This document shows, piece after piece, positions 26,614-38,000 of a DNA stretch of 64,000 nt. Numbering within the stretch: the first letter of the stretch is position 1; each line of letters starts with the position of its first letter. Source of the stretch: a virus; IMG/VR virus record IMGVR_UViG_3300012352_000355, positions 47,406 to 111,405 of that record. One strand, given 5' to 3'. The translations under genes were made by a program, and so were the position numbers. Under the pieces are notes generated by a model. The model was not told the DNA's origin, did not search any database, and saw only the letters and a program-made list of their open reading frames with translations.

Positions 26614-29600
26614 ATGATTTGTCCAAATTTAAGTGATAATAAAGTACGTGCGGAGTTCACAAACCTTACTAATCTTGTAGGAGAAGACTTCGCTTACTTT
26701 GTATGGAATAGGAATGGTGGCTATCCTCTAGACAAGAAGGTAGTTACAGTAAAGGGGAAAGAAACAGTAATTGATAATCCTTTATACAATCATTTCTTAG
26801 GCTCTTACAATAACGTAAAGCAAGCAACTCTTGCTACTAGTATTTATTACAGTAAGAAGTTACAGAAGAGTAATCCTGGATTTGATAATCTTCCTATACA
26901 AGAACAGGCAAACATTATCCATGACTTTGTACAAGAGAATGAAACTTTAGAAAAAGCTTCTGAAAGAGTAATGAGATTCATTGCTCAAGGATTTAAAGCA
27001 GAACGTGTATTAGATGAATCTATTAGAAGAGTAGCCTTTGACGAAGCACGTAAGATAGCTAACGGAAGACAATTACTTGACTCTTATGTTTGGTTTAAGA
27101 CTTCGCCTCTTTCTTTGTTTGTAGATTTTGCAAACATGCAGAACAAGGAGGAAAGTTCTTTTGCTACTTGGACTAAGTCAGCAATTACTTTATACAAAGG
27201 ATCTGATTACTCAGACCTTTATCACGAAGGTTGGCACGAATTTACACAGCGATTCATGACTAAGGAACAAAGAATTGCTTTGTACCAGTCAGTTAAATCA
27301 AGACCATCTACTGCTCTTATTAATGGTGTTCAAGTTCCTTACTATGCTTTGACTAGTCGTCAAATAGAAGAAGTACTTGCAGAAGAGTTTAGGTCTTTTT
27401 CTTTGAATAAGTCTAATCCTGAAGTAGTTGTTCCTAGAATAGAAGCTCCTGTAAGAAACTTGTTTCAAAAGATCTGGGATTTCTTAACAAGTATATTTAA
27501 TGCTTCACCTCAAGAGATTGCTTCTAGACCTGCAGAAGAAGTACAAGACGGTATAACTGCTTTGTTTGAAAAACTCTACGCAGGTAAAATATATGAGTAC
27601 ACGCCTAGTGTCACTAACATTAGTGAGAAAGTATTAAATAGAAACAAATCTTTTCAGATTAACTATGTAGCTAAAGACGGAAGAACAATTCCATTTGAGT
27701 ATAATGCTTTAGAAGCTGCAGAGATCTTTAGTGCTATTGACTTCTTCCTAAGTAAGGCAATGGATGACTTTAAGACAAGTGATGGTACTAAGATTAAGTT
27801 AGAAATGTCTTTCTTGTTGAACAAAGATCTTAAGCAAGTATACTTGCCTCAACTATATGAAAGTGCTAGAAACTCTATGTTGCAGTATATCAGTGCATTA
27901 GAGGAAGAAGCAACTACTGCTGACGAGGCTACTGCAGAAGTACTTAAGCTACGTGTTAAAAACTTAAAAGGATTAGTAGTAAGAACTGCAGCAAACGATG
28001 GTTGGGCTACTGTAGTAGAGAATCATCAGAGAGCATCTAAGGGTGGAGTATTTTACTTAGAAGAGAATAAGAAGTCTTACGATGTAGACAACCGAATAGA
28101 TGATCAAGATGAATCAGAGTTAAGGAGGGACAGTAGAAGTTTTGCTAACGCAGAAGACGTAGACCCTATGTCTCTAGCTTCTCCTGAGATTCTCCAGTTA
28201 ATTAAGATTCTTCCTGGAACATACTATAACTCTTTAGGAGAAATGGTTACTGCTACAGGTCCTTCATTTGGATTACCTCAGTCAGGTGATTTCTTAAGAA
28301 ATAAAAACTTAGTCTTAAGTAAAGTAAGTGGGTCAATTTCTTACGAAGAGGCTATACAAAGATTAGAGAATACATTAGATATTGCTCCTCAGTTAAGACA
28401 ATTAATTGATAGACTTCCCCCTACTGATACTTCTTTAAGTCTTTCTCAGCTCGCACTTAAATCTCAGTTTATGCAGTTTGCTGCAATGCCTACGGTATAT
28501 CCTTACGAGATCAAATCTTTGGTGCAAAATGAATTGTCTGCTGTAACTAAGAAGAAAGAAAAACGTCTGGAAACAAAAGCATTCTTAAACAATACTCTTT
28601 CTCAAGACAAACTAATAGAGTTCTTTGATCAAGACTTTGTAAGTAATAGACTACGTAAGTATAGATTAATAGATCCTAAAGAAATAGATCTAGCAGTTTA
28701 TGATAGGGCTAGTGTACTATCCGACTATAGAGCTTACACAGAGAATGGATTCACTTCTGATCAAGTTGCTTTTGAATTCTTAAATGATGCCTTTGGTATC
28801 AACTTAATTGCAGACAAGAATCCTAACTTATTGTTTAATAAGCGTGGAGAATTACAGTTAGGAGTTAATCCTATCTTTACTACTACAAACCTAAGAAACC
28901 TTGTCAAGATAGCTAACAATGCTTTGTTTAAGCTGAAGCTTCTTAGCCTTATAGATTCTTCTGGGGAAAATCTTAACACCCCTACCATCTCTTATAATCC
29001 ACTACTTGCTCTTTCTTCTGATATATCTAAACAGTTGAAAGAACAGATTAAAGAACTTAAGTCGGGAGAGAAGAACAAAGTAATTAAAGAGTACTTTGAA
29101 AAACATTTTAAGGCAGCTACTCTCGACAATGAAAGAACTTCTGCTTTTTCTACTATAGAAAAACTTTATAATATCTCTAACTCTGCTTCTTACTTAAACC
29201 CAGAAGGAAACTTAGAGTACGCAGTAAGAGAGTGGAATCACTTGTTAGACTCAGCATCTAAGATTAATAATGTAAAAAACATCTACGAACTAGAAGGACA
29301 CTTAAACCCAGAGTCTAATAACTTCCTTGAGTATAGTTTAGTTATGAATGCTATGTTCCGTAAAGACGATGGAACTAGAAGGACTACTAACTCAGGTGAA
29401 GGAGTATACTTAGAGGTTTTAAACATGTCAGGTTTTACTATTGGTAAAACTAGAGGAGATAAAACAACTAACTTATCTGGTGACGGAAAACTCTTACAAG
29501 ACTTCCTTTCCTTTATTCAAGACGCTACCATAGAAAACATGAGGGTAGGAGCAAAGTCTAGTTCTTTTGCTACACGTTTGTCTGGAAACAGAGGAGAAAG

Positions 29601-32600
29601 GGAATATTTTAAATATGATCAGTATCAGTTCAAGAATCAAGCTGTAGTATCTTCTGACTTTATCAGACAGATGCAGAACTACTTGAACTTTGAGGCTATG
29701 CGTATGTTTGACGACAGAGCTAAATCTACGAGAAAAGAAAAAGCTGGATCTGAGTTTATCATACTAGACACTATACTTCCACAAGACATTAAAGATAAAG
29801 TAAAGGAAGCAGTTAATGAGGCTCCTAACAAAGAGGCTCTTAAGTTGACTCTTAGGGGTATGTTTGGTTTGAGTGCTAATAGTCTCTATGGTCCATTTAA
29901 AGATGCTGTTACAGCATACTTTAAGAGTTCTGCTGATGTATTGAAAGTTTCTTTTAATGAAATCTTAAGTAAGGGAGAGTCTAAGAATCTTGCAAAAGAA
30001 TTTTATCGTATCCACAAAAAGCAAGATGGGACTGCCTATACACCAGAAGAGATAGATTCTGTTCTTCTTTACTTTACTACTAATTATTTTGCTCACCAAG
30101 TAGAAGTAATGCACTTGTTAATCGGTGATCCTTCTAATTATAAGATTAAAAATAATGAATGGAGAGAAGCATTCAAACGTCTTGGTCCTGCAATTTCTCC
30201 AGGTAAACAACCTAGATTAGACCTACAAGACACTAACTCTTGGAATACAGATCCATCTCTTAGTAGAGGACTTGAAGAAGTACAAAGAGGAAAAGGAAAA
30301 GGTAGACCCTATGATACTAATTTAAACTACGTACAGTATGAGGATATCAAAACCTTTGAGTATTTAGATGAAGTTGCTAAGTCTTCTATCAAAGAAAGTA
30401 TTAGACAAAACTATTTAGATGCTTTGATAGCAGCTAAGGGTCCTTTGAGTCCAGAGGAACTTGCAAGAGAGTCTGCTCAAATAGATTCAAATACTGATGC
30501 AGTACTAGTACAAGACGAAGAAGCGAATGCTCAGGCTTACGCAGGCTTAGACTTTATAAGATACTACTTAAATTCTATTGGAGAATGGCTTCCAGAACTA
30601 GAAGAAGCTTATAAACATGAGGTAAAGGTATTACAGGCAATTAAAAACTATAGACAATCTAACTCTACTGAAGATCTTGCTAAAGTAAAAGAGTTGGTTA
30701 GACAGAGTAATCTTGGAATACTGACTTCACTTAAACTAGGATACTATGGATCACCTACAGACTACAACAAGTACAATGTACTAGGTAAGTATTCTGTGTT
30801 CCCATTAAGTCCTTCTATGGTATTTGATACAGACTTAGAGAATCTTATGTTTGACTACCTAGACAAAGGAGTAGACATGTCTACTTTCTCTAGTGGTAAT
30901 AAGATGTCTCTTCCTGTAAACGAAATGGCTTTTTATAATTCTGTTGAGTTGAATGGTAAAAAGATTCCAGTACCTAATGCAAATGGAGCTTTAGAAGTAA
31001 CTAAGGTAGATCCTAATCTTATTGTAAGACTTCCAATAGACGGTCTCCGTAGACAACAGTATATTGCTCCTAAATTTAAGGGAGAAGCAACTTTGTCTAC
31101 TCAGATGGTTAAGTTAATTTTCTCTAACTTTTTTGTATCAGGTAAGATTAACCCTAAGTATGCACACATTCAAGATAAGATAGAAGCTTTACAAGAGGCG
31201 TTTATTAATAACATTAAAACTATTGTAGAGGTAGAGAAAGCAAAAATCTATTCTAAGATTGGAGCAACTGTTAACGCAGAAGGAAAATTAACTAGCATTA
31301 ACACAAAAGACTTTACTAACTGGTTACATAGAGAGTTTGATAAGAAGGAAGTACCTAGTTCTGTCTATGACTTTATTAGACCTTCTAATAACAATCAGTT
31401 TGTATTTTCATTGGATGCAGGAGTACAAAGATCTCTCATAGACCAAATCATCTCTAGTGCTTTGTCTAAGCGTGTATTGAAACCTAAGATGTTTGGTGAG
31501 GCTTATATTCAATTGGCTTCTTCAGGATTTAACAAACTAGGTACTCGTAAACAAAAGCCTACTGTTGATGAGATCAAGACTATATCAAAAGAATTCAATG
31601 TAAGCGGTTTAAGAGACTATCGCATTGAGGATGGTGTAACTCAACCTGCTGATGTTTTGATTCCATTTAACGCAAAGAAACATGCTCCCTTGCTTAATTT
31701 AGTTTGGAACGGAGAAGTTATCGGAACACTAGATAGACTTAATGACGCACTAGATGATCCTCAGTGGGTTAAGACACACTCAGCTAAGATAACTCTTGTA
31801 GGTGTACGTATTCCTGTACAAGGATTAAACTCTATGGAGTACTTTAGAGTACGTAGATTCTTAGCAACTGTAGGTGGTCCTGTAATGGTTGTACCTCCTT
31901 CAATCGTAACTAAGTCTGGATCTGACTTTGACATAGATAAATTGTTTATGTACGAGCCTGAACTTGATGAGAATGGAGAGTTAATAGTTAACGCTGAACT
32001 AGCAAGTGCAGAATACAGAGCTAAGATTATTGAAAACATCCTAGACAAAAACACTTACTTAAAAGGTAAGGCACTTTTTCTAGATAACTTGTTTGATTCA
32101 GAAAGCTTTAGGGAAGCAGGCTTAGTATCTAAAGAGATTGATTCTATTAAGAAAATGATCTCTGATCTAAAGGGTATTAAGACTTCTGGAGAAGAAGACG
32201 ACATAGCTTACTTTAAAGAGAACATAGGTCCTTTGAACATGAAGTTAGGTATTGCTATTGAAAGATTTAAAACTTTACGTAACCAAGATCCTAATGTTGT
32301 TCAGTTTCTAGAAAACTTAGCACAGTACAAAGAAGTTCTTTCTGAGATGGAAAACATTTCAGAGAAACTGATAAAGGGTTCAGCTTCTAACAATATGATC
32401 TCGGTAATATCTGGTGTATTGTCTGAAGCTTCTATTTACTCAGAGTTTACAAAACCCAACGTTAATAAGATTCTTCCTGAGATTGCTAGAGAGTATCAAG
32501 CACTGAAGGGCAGAGATAGTAAGATTGACTCTAGTGCAATGTTCTTGATTGAGACTTCAATAAGAATCTTTACAGAAAACAACTTGGGTAAGAAGTCTTT

Positions 32601-34989
32601 AGGTGTAGATGCAAAGACAAACGCTTTACATAAATTGTTCCAACAAGTAGGTTTAAGATTTGCTTCTAATCCACAGAATATAGACATTAATTCTTTCTAC
32701 CTACTTAAGTCAAACAAGAATCCTGACACAGGTGAGATTGAGTTGGGGGGTCTTTACGATGCTGATGGAGTTAACTTAATCTCTGATGTAATCAACGAGT
32801 TTATTAATGGTCACGTAGATATCGAGAAGGAAGACTGGATTAACTTCTTTAACGCTGATAGAGAACGTACTCCTTTAATTCTTCAAATGGTACTTAACGG
32901 TACTCCTGTAAAGGACGCTATCTTACTAGTAAACCAACCTATCATTCAACACTATATTAGATCTAGTAAGATTACTAAAGTAGGAAAAGCATTGGGTCAA
33001 AAGTCAGCAAGCTTATTTAAAGACTATATTACCCCTGCAATGAATTACTTAGACATTACTCCAGTAACTGTAGATGGTATAGTAGACGAGGCTGCTACTG
33101 TAGAAAAAGTACTTAGCATGCCTTCTATCAATAAGGCATTGTCTGCAGAAAACTTTAACAAAGAAAACTTTGCTCCTAATCCTTACGTAAGACGATTTGC
33201 TTATGATAAAATTAAAGCAAATAGAAATACTCCTGAAGGTCAATCTGCACTAGAAGCTCAGTTAGCATTTGCTGCTCAGTATTATGTTGTTAAAGAACAG
33301 AATAAAGTCTTGTTAGAGTTAACTAGTAATATTGACTTTAACACTTCTTCATACCGTATCAACACAGAGTTTTATGCAACTACTCAAAACATTAAAGTAG
33401 CTGCTCCTAACTTTGCAGCTGAAGGGTTTAACAGAATACTAGAATCAAGTGTAGTAGCTCCTTTTAATATTCTTGAGGACACTGAAAAGCTTATTGACCA
33501 GGTTTGGGACTTCTTCTCTATAGAGGAGATTAAAGAACACCTATACAACGTTAAACAATCTTACGGTAAATACTGGGGTAGAGATGAATCTGTTACCAAT
33601 TACAATCAGTTGGTTAACTCTTTTATGTTGTCTTTTATTCAGAACATTCCAAGCCTTAAGTCTTTTCAAGATAACTATGGTATTAGTTCTGGCTTATTTG
33701 ATTTAAAATCTGCTAATAACTTAAGAACTAGATTCGATAAACTGTTTTCAAGTACAGAAGACAAGACTCTTAAGAGATTTGCCGAGAACAACTTAATCTT
33801 AAACAACTTTAGTCCTATAAGTATACCTGATAGTAATTATTTCTATCCTGGTATGATTACAAATGAAAAGGACGTAGATACAGTTAATGCTGCTCAAAAA
33901 GCTTTCTCTGATGGTTTGAATCATCCTAACCCAGAAGTATCTAAGTTCTTTAGGGACTTAGCTAATGGTGTACTTGTATCTCAAGGTTTTAATATTAAGT
34001 ATCGCTCAATCCAAAACTTTATTCCTTTAGAGGCAAAGAGCGACTTAATGATAGAGTTGTCTATTGCTCTTAAGAAAATTAAGATAGGCTTAAGTAAGCC
34101 AGTAGAAGAGATGACAGAAAAAGACAGTGAGGACGCTATGGCATTTATGAGTTTGCTTGAAAGTACTACCTCTATGCATGCTAATCTTTATTGGCCTTCT
34201 AAGGATAACGATTTCATTCCTACTGCTTATATGAAAGCCTTTCCTAACTTTAAAGAAGAGGAAGCAAAGGCTGTTACTACTGAGAAGAAAAACTCAAGAG
34301 TAACAAACCAAGATGACTTGGACGAAGCAAAACTTTATGCTCAGCAGTTTGACAATGATATTCCTTCTATGGATGAACTAGACGAAGAACAATTAATAAC
34401 TAGGAGACTAATAGCTAAAGGCAAAACTGTTCCTGCTAAAACTCCTGCAACTTCTGTATCTACTAATGTTAATCCTGCAAGTAATAAGATAAACATCTAT
34501 GCAGGAGGTAAAGGAGAGAATGCTGAGTTAAGTAATTTTGCAGTAAGGCCTTTTTCTGAAACTTGGGATCTTTCACCACTAGGTATGGACTCGGAAACGT
34601 TAACTTTTAATACGGTAGAGGGAGCATTCCAGGCTACTAAGATTTTGTATAGTACCGATCTAAAAAATTATGATTTGTTACCACAGTTTCAAAAATTATC
34701 TGGAGCACAAGCAAAAGCATTAGGTCAAAAAATTAAAGGATTGGATACAGAAGCATGGGATTCAAACTCTTCTGTAGTAATGAAAGATTTAATTAAAAAG
34801 TCTTTTGAACAAAATCCAGATGCTCTTGCTAAACTTATTGCCACAGGTAATGCCACCCTTACTCACACACAAGCTAAACGTAAGTGGGCTAAAGAATTTC
34901 CTAGAATCCTGATGGAAGTAAGGGCTGAGTTAAGAGACAATAACCTAGAAGGATTTGATTTTGAAGTAACTAAGTGTATCGTAGATTGA
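26614..34989 (+). CDS. Virion-packaged double-psi-barrel RNA polymerase with N-terminal zincin and C-terminal NADAR domain
   Basis: Catalytic GSDFDIDK (DFDID starts at 31924) preceded by RIPVQG; HEGWH...EEVLAE zincin motif at 27223; C-terminal LSNF...TVEGAFQATK...AKALG...WD...VMK...FEQNP...LIATG...LMEVR. Confidence 0.88.
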   Translation: MICPNLSDNKVRAEFTNLTNLVGEDFAYFVWNRNGGYPLDKKVVTVKGKETVIDNPLYNHFLGSYNNVKQATLATSIYYSKKLQKSNPGFDNLPIQEQANIIHDFVQENETLEKASERVMRFIAQGFKAERVLDESIRRVAFDEARKIANGRQLLDSYVWFKTSPLSLFVDFANMQNKEESSFATWTKSAITLYKGSDYSDLYHEGWHEFTQRFMTKEQRIALYQSVKSRPSTALINGVQVPYYALTSRQIEEVLAEEFRSFSLNKSNPEVVVPRIEAPVRNLFQKIWDFLTSIFNASPQEIASRPAEEVQDGITALFEKLYAGKIYEYTPSVTNISEKVLNRNKSFQINYVAKDGRTIPFEYNALEAAEIFSAIDFFLSKAMDDFKTSDGTKIKLEMSFLLNKDLKQVYLPQLYESARNSMLQYISALEEEATTADEATAEVLKLRVKNLKGLVVRTAANDGWATVVENHQRASKGGVFYLEENKKSYDVDNRIDDQDESELRRDSRSFANAEDVDPMSLASPEILQLIKILPGTYYNSLGEMVTATGPSFGLPQSGDFLRNKNLVLSKVSGSISYEEAIQRLENTLDIAPQLRQLIDRLPPTDTSLSLSQLALKSQFMQFAAMPTVYPYEIKSLVQNELSAVTKKKEKRLETKAFLNNTLSQDKLIEFFDQDFVSNRLRKYRLIDPKEIDLAVYDRASVLSDYRAYTENGFTSDQVAFEFLNDAFGINLIADKNPNLLFNKRGELQLGVNPIFTTTNLRNLVKIANNALFKLKLLSLIDSSGENLNTPTISYNPLLALSSDISKQLKEQIKELKSGEKNKVIKEYFEKHFKAATLDNERTSAFSTIEKLYNISNSASYLNPEGNLEYAVREWNHLLDSASKINNVKNIYELEGHLNPESNNFLEYSLVMNAMFRKDDGTRRTTNSGEGVYLEVLNMSGFTIGKTRGDKTTNLSGDGKLLQDFLSFIQDATIENMRVGAKSSSFATRLSGNRGEREYFKYDQYQFKNQAVVSSDFIRQMQNYLNFEAMRMFDDRAKSTRKEKAGSEFIILDTILPQDIKDKVKEAVNEAPNKEALKLTLRGMFGLSANSLYGPFKDAVTAYFKSSADVLKVSFNEILSKGESKNLAKEFYRIHKKQDGTAYTPEEIDSVLLYFTTNYFAHQVEVMHLLIGDPSNYKIKNNEWREAFKRLGPAISPGKQPRLDLQDTNSWNTDPSLSRGLEEVQRGKGKGRPYDTNLNYVQYEDIKTFEYLDEVAKSSIKESIRQNYLDALIAAKGPLSPEELARESAQIDSNTDAVLVQDEEANAQAYAGLDFIRYYLNSIGEWLPELEEAYKHEVKVLQAIKNYRQSNSTEDLAKVKELVRQSNLGILTSLKLGYYGSPTDYNKYNVLGKYSVFPLSPSMVFDTDLENLMFDYLDKGVDMSTFSSGNKMSLPVNEMAFYNSVELNGKKIPVPNANGALEVTKVDPNLIVRLPIDGLRRQQYIAPKFKGEATLSTQMVKLIFSNFFVSGKINPKYAHIQDKIEALQEAFINNIKTIVEVEKAKIYSKIGATVNAEGKLTSINTKDFTNWLHREFDKKEVPSSVYDFIRPSNNNQFVFSLDAGVQRSLIDQIISSALSKRVLKPKMFGEAYIQLASSGFNKLGTRKQKPTVDEIKTISKEFNVSGLRDYRIEDGVTQPADVLIPFNAKKHAPLLNLVWNGEVIGTLDRLNDALDDPQWVKTHSAKITLVGVRIPVQGLNSMEYFRVRRFLATVGGPVMVVPPSIVTKSGSDFDIDKLFMYEPELDENGELIVNAELASAEYRAKIIENILDKNTYLKGKALFLDNLFDSESFREAGLVSKEIDSIKKMISDLKGIKTSGEEDDIAYFKENIGPLNMKLGIAIERFKTLRNQDPNVVQFLENLAQYKEVLSEMENISEKLIKGSASNNMISVISGVLSEASIYSEFTKPNVNKILPEIAREYQALKGRDSKIDSSAMFLIETSIRIFTENNLGKKSLGVDAKTNALHKLFQQVGLRFASNPQNIDINSFYLLKSNKNPDTGEIELGGLYDADGVNLISDVINEFINGHVDIEKEDWINFFNADRERTPLILQMVLNGTPVKDAILLVNQPIIQHYIRSSKITKVGKALGQKSASLFKDYITPAMNYLDITPVTVDGIVDEAATVEKVLSMPSINKALSAENFNKENFAPNPYVRRFAYDKIKANRNTPEGQSALEAQLAFAAQYYVVKEQNKVLLELTSNIDFNTSSYRINTEFYATTQNIKVAAPNFAAEGFNRILESSVVAPFNILEDTEKLIDQVWDFFSIEEIKEHLYNVKQSYGKYWGRDESVTNYNQLVNSFMLSFIQNIPSLKSFQDNYGISSGLFDLKSANNLRTRFDKLFSSTEDKTLKRFAENNLILNNFSPISIPDSNYFYPGMITNEKDVDTVNAAQKAFSDGLNHPNPEVSKFFRDLANGVLVSQGFNIKYRSIQNFIPLEAKSDLMIELSIALKKIKIGLSKPVEEMTEKDSEDAMAFMSLLESTTSMHANLYWPSKDNDFIPTAYMKAFPNFKEEEAKAVTTEKKNSRVTNQDDLDEAKLYAQQFDNDIPSMDELDEEQLITRRLIAKGKTVPAKTPATSVSTNVNPASNKINIYAGGKGENAELSNFAVRPFSETWDLSPLGMDSETLTFNTVEGAFQATKILYSTDLKNYDLLPQFQKLSGAQAKALGQKIKGLDTEAWDSNSSVVMKDLIKKSFEQNPDALAKLIATGNATLTHTQAKRKWAKEFPRILMEVRAELRDNNLEGFDFEVTKCIVD

Positions 34990-34998
34990 TAATACACT

Positions 34999-35006
34999 TA
35001 TATTTG
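34999..35006 (+). promoter_or_regulatory. -7 promoter element
   Basis: TATATTTG in a short intergenic gap; no well-spaced TTG upstream. Confidence 0.55.
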
Positions 35007-35036
35007 TATTAGTTAAAATAAAAAAAGTAAACAAAG

Positions 35037-38000
35037 ATGCCAAACGGTTGTGTAATAAAATATCCTAATCCCGTAACTGGGATGAATCAAACTTCAGTAC
35101 TTGCCTACACTCTTTCTCAAATGGGGTACAGCACTGAAGAATCGATAAACTTAGTCAAAAGAGGCAGTACCTATTCTAAGAAGAATGGGTACAATGCCTG
35201 GCCTAAGCCTATTAACAGACCTGAAGCACGCTTTGGTAACTTTATAGAAATAGACTCAGACAATCTTGTAGCTAATTTAGGACTAGACTCTGTACTTAAA
35301 CCTTCACAGGTTAGTTATATGAGAGCTGCTCAAGATTTGTTTGAAGATGTACAGGTAAGGGTGGATGCTCCTATTAACTTAAAACTGTTAATGGAATTAG
35401 GAAACTATGTTAAGAAAGGAGGAGAAGCTTCTCTTAAGATAGAAGTAGTTAATCCTGAAGCACCATTAATACAAAGGATGTATAAAGTATATCCTGTTCC
35501 TGCTACTCCACTTAACCGTGAGTATTTATTTAGTTTCATTGAGACAGAAATATTTAGCAAGAACGTATCTATTGGAAAAGAAACAAGACTTGATTTCTTA
35601 AAGCCTTATATAGATTTCTCAGAGCCTGATATCTATGATACAATGGCTAAAATGCTAAACGATTCTCAGACACCTGCATACGAAAAGTATTTGATTAAGA
35701 AACTACTTCCTATGATGGACTTAGTTCCGAGTATTACTTTTGACTTCTTTACAGGCTCAGACATTCTTCAGGTAGAAAAAATTCCTGCAGGACAATACAA
35801 TAGAGAGTTTAATAATATAAAATTAAACGTATTTGGACTTAAGAATGGGGATATGTCTAGTGCTAGGAGACTTATTCTACACGAAGTACTTCACTCTGTA
35901 CTTTCTTCTGCTATTGACAATCCTATTAGCGAGGTAGACAAGAAACTAGTCAATTCTTTAAAGCCAGTATTAGCTTATTACAGGCAGAAATATTCTAGCG
36001 AAAAGTTTACAAATGAGTATTACGGTTTACAAGATTTACATGAGTTCGTATCTGAGTTCTTTACTAATCCTGAGTTTAGAGACTTACTAGAGTCTAACGA
36101 TAGTAACTGGTTCTTAAAGACAATTGATGCTATCTGGAAATTCTTTACAGGCAAACTTCTATTAAACAAGAACGTAAATACTGTAGAGAACATAGAACAA
36201 ATTCTAGAAGATATCTTTAACGATATTATATACTCTCAAGAAATCAATACGTCTCTTACCTATACTAATACTTCGAAGTTTGAATCTCCTCTAAGCTTCA
36301 ATCAAATGCTTGAGATAGATAAGTTTACTGAGAACAACTCTGAACTTTTATCTGAATTCTCGGCTAACCTAGATAGATTACTAGCAGAAGATAACTTGCT
36401 TAACTGGTCTAAGATTATAGATCAAGCAGAGTTCTTAGGAGTAAACGTAAATAGTGTACTAAGAACAAAAGATACTTTCGTAGAGATATCTCCTGCTGAA
36501 GCAAAAGAATCATTTAAATCTATGGTTACATTCTTCCACGAGACTGCTAAGTATCTAAGAAGTATACGTAACTCTCTTGATAAGTTAGCTGCAGATCCTA
36601 ACATAACAGCTGACCAAGTATTCAGACAGGCTTATCATGCTAAGGAACTAGGAGAACAATACATAAACTTTGTAGAGAAGTACAGAGAAGTAATGGGTAA
36701 CATAGGTATAGATACTATCCTAGGAATCCAACTTCTTAATATAAAAAGTACTGCAGACTCTTTAAAGGAAGCGTACTTGAATAATGCAACTGAGGCTTTG
36801 GCTATTAAATTAGCAGATGAGTTTGCTCCACAAACTAAAGATGCTCAGAAACGTATCCAAGAAAACATTGAAAGATTTAAAGTTAGTTTGGCGAGTGCAC
36901 AAAGCCTAGGTAACGCTAAACTTATAAAGCTTACTGAAGATAGAATCAAGAACGAAGAGGCTCGCTTACAGAGTCTTGCTACAAAGTCTAATATCATTAC
37001 TGCTCTTAAGGGACAGATTAAAGACATAGGTAACTTCTCTTTATTCTTAGAGTCAGCAGGTCTCTCAGGAAACGTAATTACTGGTACAGTAGGTGGTATG
37101 ATTGCTAACCAATTTGATTCTGCTAATGTTAAAGCACAATCTATGGAGGTTAAACTTAAAAGATTAGCTGATGAGTTACAAAACCACTTGAAGAGTAAGG
37201 GTGTAGGAGTAAACACTTCTTTTGATTTTGAGAATGTTTTCGGAAGATTTCTTAAGAAAACTGAAGTAGTTGAAATGAAGAATGGTAAGATTGCTAAGAG
37301 AGACACTCTAGTCCTACTTAGTGAGATGGATGAGGTTCGCTACAACAACGACTTGATTAAACTAAAACAAGAATTAAGAGATCTCAAACAAACTAAAGTA
37401 CAAGACTCTGCCGTAAAAGATCTTATTAAAGCTAAGGAAGCACAGATAAGAAACTTTAAACAACAGTACGAAGAACAGCCTTACCAAGAAGTCTATTACC
37501 AAATCCAGAATATGTTAAGCTCAGAAGCAAGAGAAGCTAGAGACTTAATACTTCAAGAGATGGATAAGATTCAAGTAGGTAGTTTGAATGAAGAGAACTC
37601 TGAAGAACAGTTAGATAAACTAGAAGATCTCAAAGAAGATTTAGATCGTTTGGAGTCTGATTACGATAAAAACAAAAACTTAAAAGACGAAGAAGGTTTA
37701 AGAATCGCAGCTAATATAAGAGAGTGGAAGAGGAGTAGGACTGCTGCTCAACTCTACACCTACAATATCACTAAAGAAAATCAGGAACTCTTTGATAGCC
37801 AACTTATTGCTAAGAAGAACGCTTACGATAAAGCTGTATCAGACTACGAACAGTCTTTGTCTGAGAAAGCAGATCCAGAAACTCTAGATTATAAAAAACA
37901 AACTGCAGAGTATTATAGAAAACAGTTTGAACTTTGGAAAGCTAACAACTGTGTTAGGAAGATTAGTCCAGAATTCTACAAAAATAGAAAGCAAATAACT

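Noticed and set aside
26614-34989. Terminal Cys of the vRNAP as an intein signature
   Set aside because: There is no C-terminal HN motif, Hint-domain block or LAGLIDADG motif, and the Cys are not at splice-junction positions.
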